Source: an uncultured Gammaproteobacteria bacterium
GTDB taxonomy: Bacteria > Patescibacteriota > Microgenomatia > JALYQM01
Length of the DNA stretch: 64,000 bases
Assembly (NCBI GenBank): GCA_964403585.1
Contig: CAYOFQ010000001.1
Coordinates: forward strand, 1,088,826 to 1,152,825
Direction of reading: 5' to 3'
In this document: positions 8,833 through 18,261 of the stretch, one piece after another
Layout: each line of letters begins with the position of its first letter
How positions within the stretch are numbered: the first letter of the stretch is position 1
Notes under the pieces: model-generated
Seen by the model: the letters and a program-made list of their open reading frames with translations, nothing else
Database searches by the model: none
Told to the model about the DNA's origin: nothing
Made by a program: the position numbers and the translations under genes

Positions 8833-11118
8833 CTACCAACGTCGGCCACCCCGATCACCTCGACCGCCATTGCGGTCGCGGCGCTCAAACCGGCCACCTC
8901 CACCGTTTCGACCTCCCCGGTCACCACGGTCGTCATCGTTGCGTTCCTTTACCCAATCACCGGCAACATCCAAAGTTAAGTTGATACGGTTTTCCGAATC
9001 TATTTCATCAACCCGAACGGTTACGATATCACCAATTTGGACAACATCCTCAACCCGTTCAACCCGATGCGGAGCTAATTTCGAAATATGAACCATACCC
9101 TCTTTACCAGGTAAGATTTCCACAAAGGCACCAAATGGAAGAATCCGCTTTACTGTACCTTCATACACTTCACCGGCTTTGACTTCTTTAGTTAAAGAAA
9201 TGATCCAGTTCTGAGCTTTCTGAATACCTTCATCCTCTGTTCCGCTAATCAAAACAGTTCCATCATCTTCAATATCTATCGCAACACCACACTGATTAAT
9301 AATCTGGTTGATCGTCTTTCCTCCACCACCAATAACCAAACCAATGGTTTCAGGATCAATCTTCATCATCACTACCCGTGGTGCATACTTGGATAATGTT
9401 GGACGTGCTTCAGAAATTCTCTCCAGCATTGCTTTAAGAATGAACATACGACCTTCTTTTGCAGCCATAATCGCATTCTTCAGCCATTCATGCTTTAATC
9501 CTGAAAGCTTGATATCCATCTGCAACGCAGTAATACCTTTAGCAGTTCCGGCAACTTTGAAATCCATATCACCGGTAGCATCTTCCAATCCCTGAATATC
9601 GGTCAACACCGCATACTGGGTACCTTCTTCATTGGTCATCAACCCCATCGCAACACCTGCTACCGCTGCTTTGATCGGTACACCGGCATCCATTAATGCC
9701 AGCGACGAGCCACATACTGAAGCCATTGAAGACGATCCGTTTGACGACATAATTTCATTAACGACACGAACCGCATACGGGAACTGATCCTGCGGAGGAA
9801 TTACCGGGATTAACGCACGTTCAGCAAGCGCACCGTGTCCAATTTCCCGACGTCCCGGTGATCCCATTCGCTTGGCTTCGCCAACTGAGTACGGTGGAAA
9901 GTTGTAATGATGCATGTAGCGCTTGGTCTCTTCACCACCCGGTCCTTCAATTAATTGCTCTAAAGCCGGTGATCCCAACGTAACGGTTGTTAAGGTCTGA
10001 GTCATACCACGCTGGAACATCGCCGAACCATGGGTTCGGGGAATCAAACCAACTTCAATTTCCAGATCACGAACCTGATCATAGCCACGACCATCGGCAC
10101 GCTTACCGGTATTAATCGTGTTAGTTCGAATTGTTTTCTTGAATAACTTTTCAACAACTTCACCGATTATCGCTTTTGAAGGAGCAGGTTTCTCTTCAGT
10201 TGCGCTCTCATTCAACTTCTCTTCAACTTGCTTCTTTAATTCGCCAAGCGCATCTTCTTTGTTAAGTTTCTTCTGCGCAGCCGCTTCCACCATATCATTA
10301 ATAAGCGGTAAGGCAGCTTTGGTAATCGCATCTTTCTCTTCGGCATCAATTTCGGTTTTAACAAATTCAAACTTTGCTTTACCGACTTTCTTGACCAGTT
10401 CTTCAATACCTTCAACAACTAACTTATTGTATTTCTGTGCTTCTTCGAGTCCGGCAATCACTACTTCTTCAGTCATTTCCTGCATTCCGGCTTCAACCAT
10501 CACGACTTCATTCTTGGTACCTGAAACCACTAAGTCCATCTGAGAAACTTTCATTACTTCTTCAACTGGGTTAACAAGGTACGATTCATCTTTCCATCCC
10601 AAACGGGTAGCTGATAAAGGACCATTCCATGGAATATCTGAGACTGCCAATGCAGCACTGGCGGTGATAACACCCAAGACATCCGGATCATTTTCCATAT
10701 CAACAGACAACACCGTTACAATTATTTGAACTTCATTCTTGAAACCGTCAGGAAACAACGGACGAACTGACCGGTCGATCAGACGAGCAGTAAGAATTGA
10801 ATTTTCGGAAGGGCGTCCTTCGCGCTTTATGAATCGTGAAGATGAGATACGGCCACCGGCATATAATCGTTCCAAAAACTCAACTGATAACGGGAAATAA
10901 TCTAAAGTGGATTCTTTTTTACTGGCAACAACGGTAGCCAATACCATTGTGTCACCCATTCTTCCAATTACAGCGCCACTCGCCTGAGCAGCAAAACGTC
11001 CGTGTTCTAAAATCAGCTCTTTGTCGCCGATCAGAATACGCTGCGAAGTAATATTCGCCATATGAACTCCTTCTCCCCACCTAGCTTTATCTTGTGCCGA
11101 CATTTTCAGATTCCTCAA
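8833..11118 (-). CDS. pnp: polynucleotide phosphorylase (PNPase) with a C-terminal RGG/RD-rich tail
   Basis: Two RNase PH domains, KH and S1 domains. C-terminus ERNDDDRGDRGGRNGGGGRFERRDRNGGRGDRGGRRW. Confidence 0.95.
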   Translation of the reverse strand: MRNLKMSAQDKARWGEGVHMANITSQRILIGDKELILEHGRFAAQASGAVIGRMGDTMVLATVVASKKESTLDYFPLSVEFLERLYAGGRISSSRFIKREGRPSENSILTARLIDRSVRPLFPDGFKNEVQIIVTVLSVDMENDPDVLGVITASAALAVSDIPWNGPLSATRLGWKDESYLVNPVEEVMKVSQMDLVVSGTKNEVVMVEAGMQEMTEEVVIAGLEEAQKYNKLVVEGIEELVKKVGKAKFEFVKTEIDAEEKDAITKAALPLINDMVEAAAQKKLNKEDALGELKKQVEEKLNESATEEKPAPSKAIIGEVVEKLFKKTIRTNTINTGKRADGRGYDQVRDLEIEVGLIPRTHGSAMFQRGMTQTLTTVTLGSPALEQLIEGPGGEETKRYMHHYNFPPYSVGEAKRMGSPGRREIGHGALAERALIPVIPPQDQFPYAVRVVNEIMSSNGSSSMASVCGSSLALMDAGVPIKAAVAGVAMGLMTNEEGTQYAVLTDIQGLEDATGDMDFKVAGTAKGITALQMDIKLSGLKHEWLKNAIMAAKEGRMFILKAMLERISEARPTLSKYAPRVVMMKIDPETIGLVIGGGGKTINQIINQCGVAIDIEDDGTVLISGTEDEGIQKAQNWIISLTKEVKAGEVYEGTVKRILPFGAFVEILPGKEGMVHISKLAPHRVERVEDVVQIGDIVTVRVDEIDSENRINLTLDVAGDWVKERNDDDRGDRGGRNGGGGRFERRDRNGGRGDRGGRRW

Positions 11119-11224
11119 TTAAAAGCCACCGCATATCGTAACGATAGCGACCCTTAATTCAGGATCCAAAAACCATCGGAGGTAAGGACACTAATTAATA
11201 TAGAATTATTATAACCTAAGGGGC

Positions 11225-11494
11225 TTACTTAGACAAACCGACTTTGGAAACAACGCTCTTATAGCGATCAGCATCTTTCTTCATGAGGTACATGAGAAGT
11301 CTGCGTCGCTTGTTAACCATTTGCAAAAGTCCACGTCGTGAATGATTATCACCTTTGTGAAGTTTCAAATGTTCGGTCAAACGTGCAATTCGTTCAGAGA
11401 GAATAGCAATCTGTACTTCAGGAGAACCAGTATCACCCTGGTGGATCTGGTTTGTAGAAATAATAGTCTTTTTAGCGTCGTTTGCTAAAGCCAT
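11225..11494 (-). CDS. rpsO: 30S ribosomal protein S15
   Basis: 89 aa with the typical S15 sequence ([40 protein letters not shown]). Canonical position upstream of pnp. Confidence 0.95.
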   Translation of the reverse strand: MALANDAKKTIISTNQIHQGDTGSPEVQIAILSERIARLTEHLKLHKGDNHSRRGLLQMVNKRRRLLMYLMKKDADRYKSVVSKVGLSK

Positions 11495-11615
11495 ATGTTT
11501 TCGTAAGTAGTAGTAACAATAACGGATTTCCGTTACGAAACCACCATCTTCGACCTATCGATAATTTAATAACCCGAGTATTATACACTAAAATGTCAAT
11601 ACCGGGCAATTCTGA
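11495..11615 (-). promoter_or_regulatory. rpsO promoter and structured 5' leader
   Basis: The minus strand reads TTGACAttttagtgTATAAT followed by a leader containing a hairpin (AACGGAaatTCCGTT) just upstream of the start codon. Spacing of the hexamers is atypical, so confidence is low. Confidence 0.3.
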
Positions 11616-13022
11616 TTAGAATTTCTTCTCACCTGGCATAAATCCCGGCGGCGGCGAATTAAAATCAGGCGGATTTTTCTGCTCTTTACGCTCTTCAATC
11701 AGAGCATCCGGAGGCTGAGGAAGCGGATTTTGAGTCTGTGACTGCCATTGATACTCCTGCTGCTGGTAAATATTTGGATCCTGCTGAATACCCGGCATAT
11801 ATACCGAAGGCTCAACGTGGTCATAGGAAACCGGCTCTACCGTGGGAATATACGTATCACTTTGGGTCAAATCGTGTTCAATTGAAGGGACTGACTCAAC
11901 ATAATCCTGCAATACTTCCTGAGGTTGCTCCCATTCCTGAACAACCGGCTGCGGTGGCATTTCAGGCTGAGGCTGATACTGTGGCGGCATTGGCGGCTGC
12001 TGCGGATATCCTTGCGGTACGTAACCGGGTGGCATTGGTTGCTGCGGGTATTGTCCGGGATAGTAGCCACCCATTGGCGGCATCGGATACTGACCATACT
12101 GACCTGGCTGCGGCATATACGGATACTGCGGCTGTCCCGGATACTGCCCGTAGGCAGGAGGAAATTGGGTATTCATCCCCATTGGCATGCCAGGGTTTCC
12201 GGCAGCGACCGGTGGCGGATTTTTGTGCACCGGCAGCGGCGGTAACGTAGCCTGATTCTTAATAGACTCAATGTCCAATTGCTGCGCACCATAGGCTTTA
12301 AGTTGACCAACAATCGTATCAGTAGTTTGTCCTTTACGGGCAAAGTTATCGGTAGCGGTGGCAATACCGGTTAAGAGTAACGTAGCCGAATCACCGGTTA
12401 CATTAAGTTGAGCGATTTGCCCCAGTTGATAGGCTAACTCACTAACCGAAGGAACACTGGGGTCAACAATATTTACCCGTCCGAAGCGGGTATTATTAGG
12501 ATTATTTGAGATATTGATAACCGGCAGTTCGGAGTACATTCCGGGATCCTGCTTATATGCATTTCCAAGCTCCTGCGGCGAGTTAGCATCAATGACAATT
12601 ACAATGTCGAAGTTGGCCCCGGCGTAAAACGGGTCCAAATTTTTGAGCTCAAACTGCATCGGTACAGCCGGATTTGATTTAAATACGACGTTTAAACGGC
12701 CTTTATCTACATACCAGTTGACGTTCTCAATGGATCCTTCCACAAACCCGTTAATTCCAATAACCAAATCCCGTAACCCAAGCTCGGAAACAATCTGATC
12801 TGAACCGGGCAACAGTGAATACTGCGTTCCATTGCGTTTTGAAACCGCCATGGTAACCCGCTTTTTCTTACCCTGCATGTCCATTTTCTGAGAAAGAGCC
12901 TGTTGAAGGGCTAAACCGGCACATAAGCCGTCTATAGAAGGAGTTTCTTTAGTAATGACTAAAATTTCCCTGGCCTGTGCAAATAAATCTTGAAGCTGTT
13001 TGAGGTTATTTTGTGGATCCAT
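11616..13022 (-). CDS. DHH-family (NrnA-like) protein with degenerate catalytic motifs and a ~200-aa Pro/Gln/Tyr-rich C-terminal tail
   Basis: The N-terminal ~270 aa align in pattern to DHH phosphoesterases, but motif III reads IVIDANSP instead of DHH and motif I reads SIDGLCAG. The C-terminus is low complexity (QYPGQPQYPYMPQPGQYGQYPMPPMGGYYPGQYPQQP...). Confidence 0.6.
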   Translation of the reverse strand: MDPQNNLKQLQDLFAQAREILVITKETPSIDGLCAGLALQQALSQKMDMQGKKKRVTMAVSKRNGTQYSLLPGSDQIVSELGLRDLVIGINGFVEGSIENVNWYVDKGRLNVVFKSNPAVPMQFELKNLDPFYAGANFDIVIVIDANSPQELGNAYKQDPGMYSELPVINISNNPNNTRFGRVNIVDPSVPSVSELAYQLGQIAQLNVTGDSATLLLTGIATATDNFARKGQTTDTIVGQLKAYGAQQLDIESIKNQATLPPLPVHKNPPPVAAGNPGMPMGMNTQFPPAYGQYPGQPQYPYMPQPGQYGQYPMPPMGGYYPGQYPQQPMPPGYVPQGYPQQPPMPPQYQPQPEMPPQPVVQEWEQPQEVLQDYVESVPSIEHDLTQSDTYIPTVEPVSYDHVEPSVYMPGIQQDPNIYQQQEYQWQSQTQNPLPQPPDALIEERKEQKNPPDFNSPPPGFMPGEKKF

Positions 13023-13096
13023 AGACTAAAAACTCTAAATTATACACCTATATTGTACGCTTCCCGGCCTAAACCCACAAGTACACATCATTGTAT

Positions 13097-14581
13097 CTAG
13101 CTTTTAGTTATAGGCTTATAGTATTCAATCGTATCACCTTCGGCAAACGAAATCGCCACGTCAAAAGTAAGTCCACCTTCCTGACCGGCAGAAATACGCT
13201 GGACATCTTCTTTAAGCTTCTTAACGGTAACTATCTTACCTCTTCCAACCTCGGTTTCACCACGCATTACCCGAACCGTTGCGCCAACCTGCATGACACC
13301 TTCATTAACGTGTACACCGGCTATTTTACCCCCTGTCGAAGCATCAAAAACCTTCAGAATTGCGGCGCGACCGGAAATAGTTTCGGTTGGAGCCTTGGTA
13401 AAGTAATCAACAATATCCTGCTCCATATCTTCAAACAACTTATATATAATCCGGTACTCCTTGACGTCTACTTTTTCATCCCGGGCCAGCTTGCGGGTAG
13501 CCCCGCTCATTCCGACATTAAAAGAATAAATTCGGGCTGAAGTGCCGCGGGCTTTCATGACATCCGCTTCACTGACATCACCTATTCCCTGGTCAATAAT
13601 CTGCACTTCCGATGCGCGTGGGATATTAGCCACCACAGCTTCCAGCGAACCGGCCACATCGGCCTTCAAAATAACCGGATACTGATCTTTCTTGAGTGAA
13701 GAGAACAAGTCCGCAGCATTCTCCTTTTGTAAGGCGACATGTCGAATTGATAACGCCCCAACGCTGTCGCTGGTGGTCAATTTACCATTCTCTTCGATAA
13801 ACACGGTTCCGGCTTCAGGTAATTTTGAAAAACCAATAATTTCAACTGCCTGCGAAGGAGACGCTTCTTTCACTACCTCACCTTTATCATTTTTCATTGA
13901 ACGAACTCTTCCCTGTGCCTCATCAACCAGCACATCCGTTCCGGTCTTCAAAGTACCCCGTTTTACCAGCAGGCTGACAATCGGACCGGCTTTATCCATA
14001 CGCGACTCGAGACAAAACGCCACTACCGGTGCTGTCGGGTCAGATTTAAGTTCAAGTAATTCCGAAACAAGCCCAATCATCTCCAGAAGATGATCCACGC
14101 CCTGCCCGGTCTTAGCACTTATTTCCACCGAAACAATATCTCCACCATAGCTCTCAACCAAAACGTCATTTTCAGCCAACTGCTGCTTTACCCGATCAAT
14201 ATTTGAATCAGGAACATCAATCTTATTAAAAGCCACTATCATTGAACAACCTGAATTCTTGATATGTCGAATCGCTTCCTGTGTCTGCGGCATTACACCG
14301 TCATCGGCGGCTACCACCAAGATCACAATGTCGGCTACTTCACCACCGCGCTTACGGATACCTTCAAAAGCGGCATGACCGGGAGTATCCAGAAAGGTTA
14401 TCGCCTTCCCGTCCTCAGTCTTAACCTGATACGCACCTAAATGCTGGGTAATACCACCATGCTCCCGAGAAGCCACATTAGCTTTTCGGATATAGTCCAA
14501 CAACGTCGTTTTGCCATGATCAACGTGTCCCATAACAGCGACAATTGGGGGTCTTGTAGTGGTATTGCTATTTTCAGCCAT
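13097..14581 (-). CDS. infB: translation initiation factor IF-2, short form that starts at the G domain
   Basis: GHVDHGKTTLLD G1 motif within the first 30 aa. G2, G3 and C-terminal beta-barrel domains are present, with no N-terminal extension. Confidence 0.95.
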   Translation of the reverse strand: MAENSNTTTRPPIVAVMGHVDHGKTTLLDYIRKANVASREHGGITQHLGAYQVKTEDGKAITFLDTPGHAAFEGIRKRGGEVADIVILVVAADDGVMPQTQEAIRHIKNSGCSMIVAFNKIDVPDSNIDRVKQQLAENDVLVESYGGDIVSVEISAKTGQGVDHLLEMIGLVSELLELKSDPTAPVVAFCLESRMDKAGPIVSLLVKRGTLKTGTDVLVDEAQGRVRSMKNDKGEVVKEASPSQAVEIIGFSKLPEAGTVFIEENGKLTTSDSVGALSIRHVALQKENAADLFSSLKKDQYPVILKADVAGSLEAVVANIPRASEVQIIDQGIGDVSEADVMKARGTSARIYSFNVGMSGATRKLARDEKVDVKEYRIIYKLFEDMEQDIVDYFTKAPTETISGRAAILKVFDASTGGKIAGVHVNEGVMQVGATVRVMRGETEVGRGKIVTVKKLKEDVQRISAGQEGGLTFDVAISFAEGDTIEYYKPITKS

Positions 14582-14618
14582 TATAATAACCTATTCTACT
14601 GATTAATCAGTGATACTA

Positions 14619-14843
14619 TTAAACTCGCGGTAATGCCCGGTCAAAAGAATGCCGCTTAATCGCTAAGATCAAGCAACGTTCTTTTGTTGCGGTGCAAATA
14701 TATGCTCCTCTTCCGTCTAATCGGGAAGTAGCATCTTCGACAACACTACCTTTAAATGTTCTGACGAATCGCACCAACTCCGTTTGGGGTCGAGCGGTTC
14801 CGCACCCTACGCAGGTTCGGGAGGGGTCATGCTTCTTCGCCAT
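14619..14843 (-). CDS. ylxR: YlxR/RnpM (DUF448) RNA-binding protein
   Basis: RTCVGCG motif and position between nusA and infB. Confidence 0.8.
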   Translation of the reverse strand: MAKKHDPSRTCVGCGTARPQTELVRFVRTFKGSVVEDATSRLDGRGAYICTATKERCLILAIKRHSFDRALPRV

Positions 14844-14862
14844 ATGCTCTATTATATATTTT

Positions 14863-15948
14863 TTAAGCTCCGGTTGCTACGTCCTCAGTTTTAGGTGATT
14901 CGGCAGTAATATCCTGAGTTGGCACATCAGGCATTGCTTCACCGGAGCCTTCGGCCGCACCTTCAGCAGTAGCCTCTTCAACCGTCTCAACTTCGCTTCC
15001 CTTCGGACCTTTAATGTCTATTTTCCAGCCGGTTAACTTAACTGCCAAACGTACGTTTTGTCCGTCTTTTCCAATCGCCAGTGACAGCTGGTCGGTTGGA
15101 CAAGTTACCAACGCGGACTTTTCCTCTTTATTGAGGTCAACTAATACACCTTTAGCCGGAGCCAAGGATGCTGCAATGAATTTGGCAGTGTCATCACTAA
15201 ACTGAATAACGTCAATGCGCTCCTCACCAATTTCCGAGATAACAGCCTGAACACGAACACCTTTTTGACCGACACAGGAACCAACCGGATCAACACCGGT
15301 CTGTTTGCTGTAAACGGCAATTTTAGTGCGTGAACCACCTTCACGGGCAATCGCTTTAACCTCTACTGCTCCGGAAGCAATTTCCGGTACTTCGCGGCGG
15401 AAGATCTCTTCTACGAGTTCCGGTCGTGAACGGGAGACAATAATCTGTGCTCCACGCTCAGTCTGGCGGATTTCGGCAATATAAAAAGTTAAGCGCTGGT
15501 TAACGCGATATCGTTCGCGCTGTACCTGCTCTTCACGAGGCATAATCGCTTCAGCCCGACCGAGGTCAACAATGATTGTTCCCTGGTCAAAACGTTGAAT
15601 CATACCGTTTTGAATAGAACCGATTTTCCCCTCATATTCTTTAACGAGAGCTGCTTTTTCAGCCTCACGAATACGCTGTAAAATTACCTGCTTGGCTGTT
15701 TGTGAAGCAATACGTCCGAACCCTGCCGGGGTAATATTCTTACCTTCCTGAAAAATTCCAAGCTCACCTGTTTCGGCATCAACCTCAACGGTTAATTCAT
15801 CAGTAGTTTCAAGGTTAGCTTCCTTACGATATGCAGCCAAAATAGCAGCTTTAATGGTATCGATCACCGCTTCCGGGTCAATTCCACGCTCAGCGCAAAC
15901 CTGGCGCAACGCCGAGGCAAATTCAGTTCGTGCCTGAGTAATATCCAT
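14863..15948 (-). CDS. nusA: transcription termination/antitermination factor NusA
   Basis: N-terminal domain, S1 and two KH domains. Conserved NusA sequence throughout. Confidence 0.95.
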   Translation of the reverse strand: MDITQARTEFASALRQVCAERGIDPEAVIDTIKAAILAAYRKEANLETTDELTVEVDAETGELGIFQEGKNITPAGFGRIASQTAKQVILQRIREAEKAALVKEYEGKIGSIQNGMIQRFDQGTIIVDLGRAEAIMPREEQVQRERYRVNQRLTFYIAEIRQTERGAQIIVSRSRPELVEEIFRREVPEIASGAVEVKAIAREGGSRTKIAVYSKQTGVDPVGSCVGQKGVRVQAVISEIGEERIDVIQFSDDTAKFIAASLAPAKGVLVDLNKEEKSALVTCPTDQLSLAIGKDGQNVRLAVKLTGWKIDIKGPKGSEVETVEEATAEGAAEGSGEAMPDVPTQDITAESPKTEDVATGA

Positions 15949-16090
15949 ATACTTTCTCCTATAAAAAAAGCAGGCCCTTCGGACCCGCTTCTAATTAACT
16001 TCGATTACACTATTTATTATATAGATTCTTGTAGATTAGTCAAGATTAATTTGGCACTGATATAATAGGTTACAAAACTGTAGAAAATTT

Positions 16091-16726
16091 ATGATCGATC
16101 TATTAAAAGACCTAAGCCTACTAATTATAGGTGGAATATTTGGCTCATTTGCCACTATTTATATCGGAAGACCTAAAATTGTTGTCTCAGGCGGTGGCGG
16201 AGGTGGTGGCCCAGGACCTGGTTACTACAGTAATTTCATCAGTGTTTCAAACGAACCAGGTTTCTTTGGAATAAGAATTAGCGAAACCACCATCCTTGGG
16301 AAAAGAATCCATAACCGGATTAGGATTGGTCAGGTTTTTGACCGAGCTCCAGCACACGAATGTAGAGCTTTAATAAAAGATAAGAGCACTAATGAAGTAC
16401 TTGGGCTGCTGTGGTGGAGGGAACTAAGTAATCCTCAAAAAGCAGTCCAAACACTAAATCTAAATTCCGGCGAGCAGGCAGAGTTAATAATCTTCGCTAG
16501 ACTAGAAGGAGAACAATCTAAATATTTTGTTTATCAACCAACAAGTCCTACTGATCACCATCCAATTCCAATTGATGATGAACTAAAGTTTAAAGAAACT
16601 CGCGATTTTATAATAGAAATTCAATATGCATATGGAATGAAAAAAATCAGTAAAGAAATCAAAATGATAAAGGGACTTAACGGAAGATTAACCTTTCAGG
16701 GTCCAACAGGCAGTGGATCTTTTTGA
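16091..16726 (+). CDS. hypothetical membrane-anchored protein with a poly-Gly linker
   Basis: N-terminal TM helix (LLIIGGIFGSFATIYI), a SGGGGGGGPGPG linker, then a ~170-aa globular domain of unknown function. Lies in an AT-rich region. Confidence 0.5.
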   Translation: MIDLLKDLSLLIIGGIFGSFATIYIGRPKIVVSGGGGGGGPGPGYYSNFISVSNEPGFFGIRISETTILGKRIHNRIRIGQVFDRAPAHECRALIKDKSTNEVLGLLWWRELSNPQKAVQTLNLNSGEQAELIIFARLEGEQSKYFVYQPTSPTDHHPIPIDDELKFKETRDFIIEIQYAYGMKKISKEIKMIKGLNGRLTFQGPTGSGSF

Positions 16727-16968
16727 AAAGTAAACTCGACTCCCGCACAAAAAACCTTACATCATTACGCTCAGTTGAAATTTGATATATTTAGTGTATA
16801 TTGTAGATAGTTTTAGATATGAATAACTGCCCTATAGACATAGCTAAAGAAGATTGTATTCCCCAAAACAAACTTTCTCTTTCTCTCTTTATTGCCAAAA
16901 AATTATTTATTAATTTTATTACCTCATAGCCTAGGTACTACTTTTGTGGTGCCGGAAAGGATGCCCCT

Positions 16969-17217
16969 ATGACCATCTATAATTTGTGCATACGTTGCGG
17001 ACAACAACGCGTCACCGTTGAAGAATGGGAAGAAGAAGAAGCCAACGGTACAAAGACCAAGAAATCAAAAACAGCCTGCCCGGACGAAGAATGCCAAGCC
17101 AAAGTAGATGATATGCTCCTCCAGAAGACCAAAGAACGGGAACGAAAAGAAGTTGCCCGACAGCAGCGTTTAGCCCGAATTCATCAGAAACAGTTAGAAA
17201 TTGTTGCCAGTATCTAG
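16969..17217 (+). CDS. small zinc-ribbon protein
   Basis: CIRCG...CPDEEC (CxxC...CxxxC) followed by a Lys/Arg/Glu-rich helical tail. Confidence 0.5.
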   Translation: MTIYNLCIRCGQQRVTVEEWEEEEANGTKTKKSKTACPDEECQAKVDDMLLQKTKERERKEVARQQRLARIHQKQLEIVASI

Positions 17218-17385
17218 TCAGGCCAAACCGGCTTGAGCATGCTTCTCACGAAGCGCTAAAAGAGTTTCGCGTAATTTATCACGAAGCTCTTTTTTTGTGT
17301 GATGCTCATCCGGTTGTTCCGGACCAAGTTCATCAAGAATAAGTTCGAGCTGTTCAATCGAAAGTTCAATAGTTGTACGAATCAT
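17218..17385 (-). CDS. unannotated 55-aa ORF (MIRTTIELSIEQLELILDELGPEQPDEHHTKKELRDKLRETLLALREKHAQAGLA)
   Basis: Below the ORF-track cutoff. Strong SD (AAAGGGGAGGGT) 4-12 nt upstream of the ATG, and lies directly downstream of korB in the same orientation. Confidence 0.4.
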   Translation of the reverse strand: MIRTTIELSIEQLELILDELGPEQPDEHHTKKELRDKLRETLLALREKHAQAGLA

Positions 17386-17396
17386 ACCCTCCCCTT

Positions 17397-18260
17397 TTAC
17401 ATGTACGACTGCAAGACTTTAGAAATATCCCGGTTTTCATTCTGGTTCTCAATCAGGACCTTCTCTTTTAACTGCGGCAATTCTTCTTCGTAAGTCAGAC
17501 GTGTTGTATCTTCATAAATAACACCGATCGGCAGCTTATCAAATTCCATCGCTTTCGCAAATGCCAGTACTTTATCGGTCGGCTGGTAATCGGTTGCGGA
17601 TAGATCATAAATACGTTCTTTAAACCACTCATACGTGTTGTGTTTATTAAATGTCACACACGGTTGAAATACATCCACGAGCGAGAATCCCTTATGCTCA
17701 ACTGCTTTCTTGATCAGGGCTGCAGTACCTGCTGTATCTCCGGCAAATCCGCGCGCCACAAATGTTGCACCTGAAGCTATCGCCATGACCAGTGGATTGA
17801 TTGGAATTTCAATTCCACCAATAGGATTAGATTTTGTTTTCTGACCTTTTTCGGTTGTCGGCGAGGTTTGTCCCGTTGTTAAACCATAGATCTGGTTATC
17901 ATGAACTAACATGGTGATGTCATGATTGGCCCGCATGAAATGAATAAAGTGTCCCATTCCTTCGCCATACAAACCACCATCTCCACCAACAACTATAAGA
18001 GGCAAATTATGATTGGAGATCTTAATCCCTGCGGCAACCGGTAACGACCGGCCATGCAAACCATGGAAGCCGTAGGCGTTAATAAAAGAACACATATTGC
18101 CACTACATCCAATATCATAGACAACACAAAACTGGTGTGGCTCCCATCCTTTTTCGGCAATCGTCATTTTTAACGCATGCCAAATACTATAGTCACCACA
18201 TCCGGGACACCAGGTGGGTTTTTGACGGGTATTAAATTTTTTAGCCGTATGAATATCCAT
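17397..18260 (-). CDS. korB: 2-oxoacid:ferredoxin oxidoreductase beta subunit (TPP-binding)
   Basis: CPGCGD motif, GDG TPP-binding motif (VVGGDGGLYGEG), 287 aa. Confidence 0.9.
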   Translation of the reverse strand: MDIHTAKKFNTRQKPTWCPGCGDYSIWHALKMTIAEKGWEPHQFCVVYDIGCSGNMCSFINAYGFHGLHGRSLPVAAGIKISNHNLPLIVVGGDGGLYGEGMGHFIHFMRANHDITMLVHDNQIYGLTTGQTSPTTEKGQKTKSNPIGGIEIPINPLVMAIASGATFVARGFAGDTAGTAALIKKAVEHKGFSLVDVFQPCVTFNKHNTYEWFKERIYDLSATDYQPTDKVLAFAKAMEFDKLPIGVIYEDTTRLTYEEELPQLKEKVLIENQNENRDISKVLQSYM

Positions 18261-18261
18261 C

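Noticed and set aside
10118-10543. 141-aa plus-strand ORF inside pnp
   Set aside because: Antisense to a highly conserved PNPase segment. The Ser-rich, low-complexity translation looks like an artefact.
11738-12250. Plus-strand ORFs of 170 and 106 aa antisense to the P/Q/Y-rich tail of the DHH-like gene
   Set aside because: The repetitive Pro/Gln codons of the sense strand yield stop-free Ala/Arg-rich antisense frames. No start context is present, and the region is fully explained by the minus-strand gene.
15949-16090. GC-rich GCAGGCCCTTCGGACCCGC segment upstream of nusA as a terminator or attenuator
   Set aside because: The inverted repeat is imperfect, at best 4 plus 2 base pairs by hand folding. 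An A/T run is present but the stem is too weak to call.
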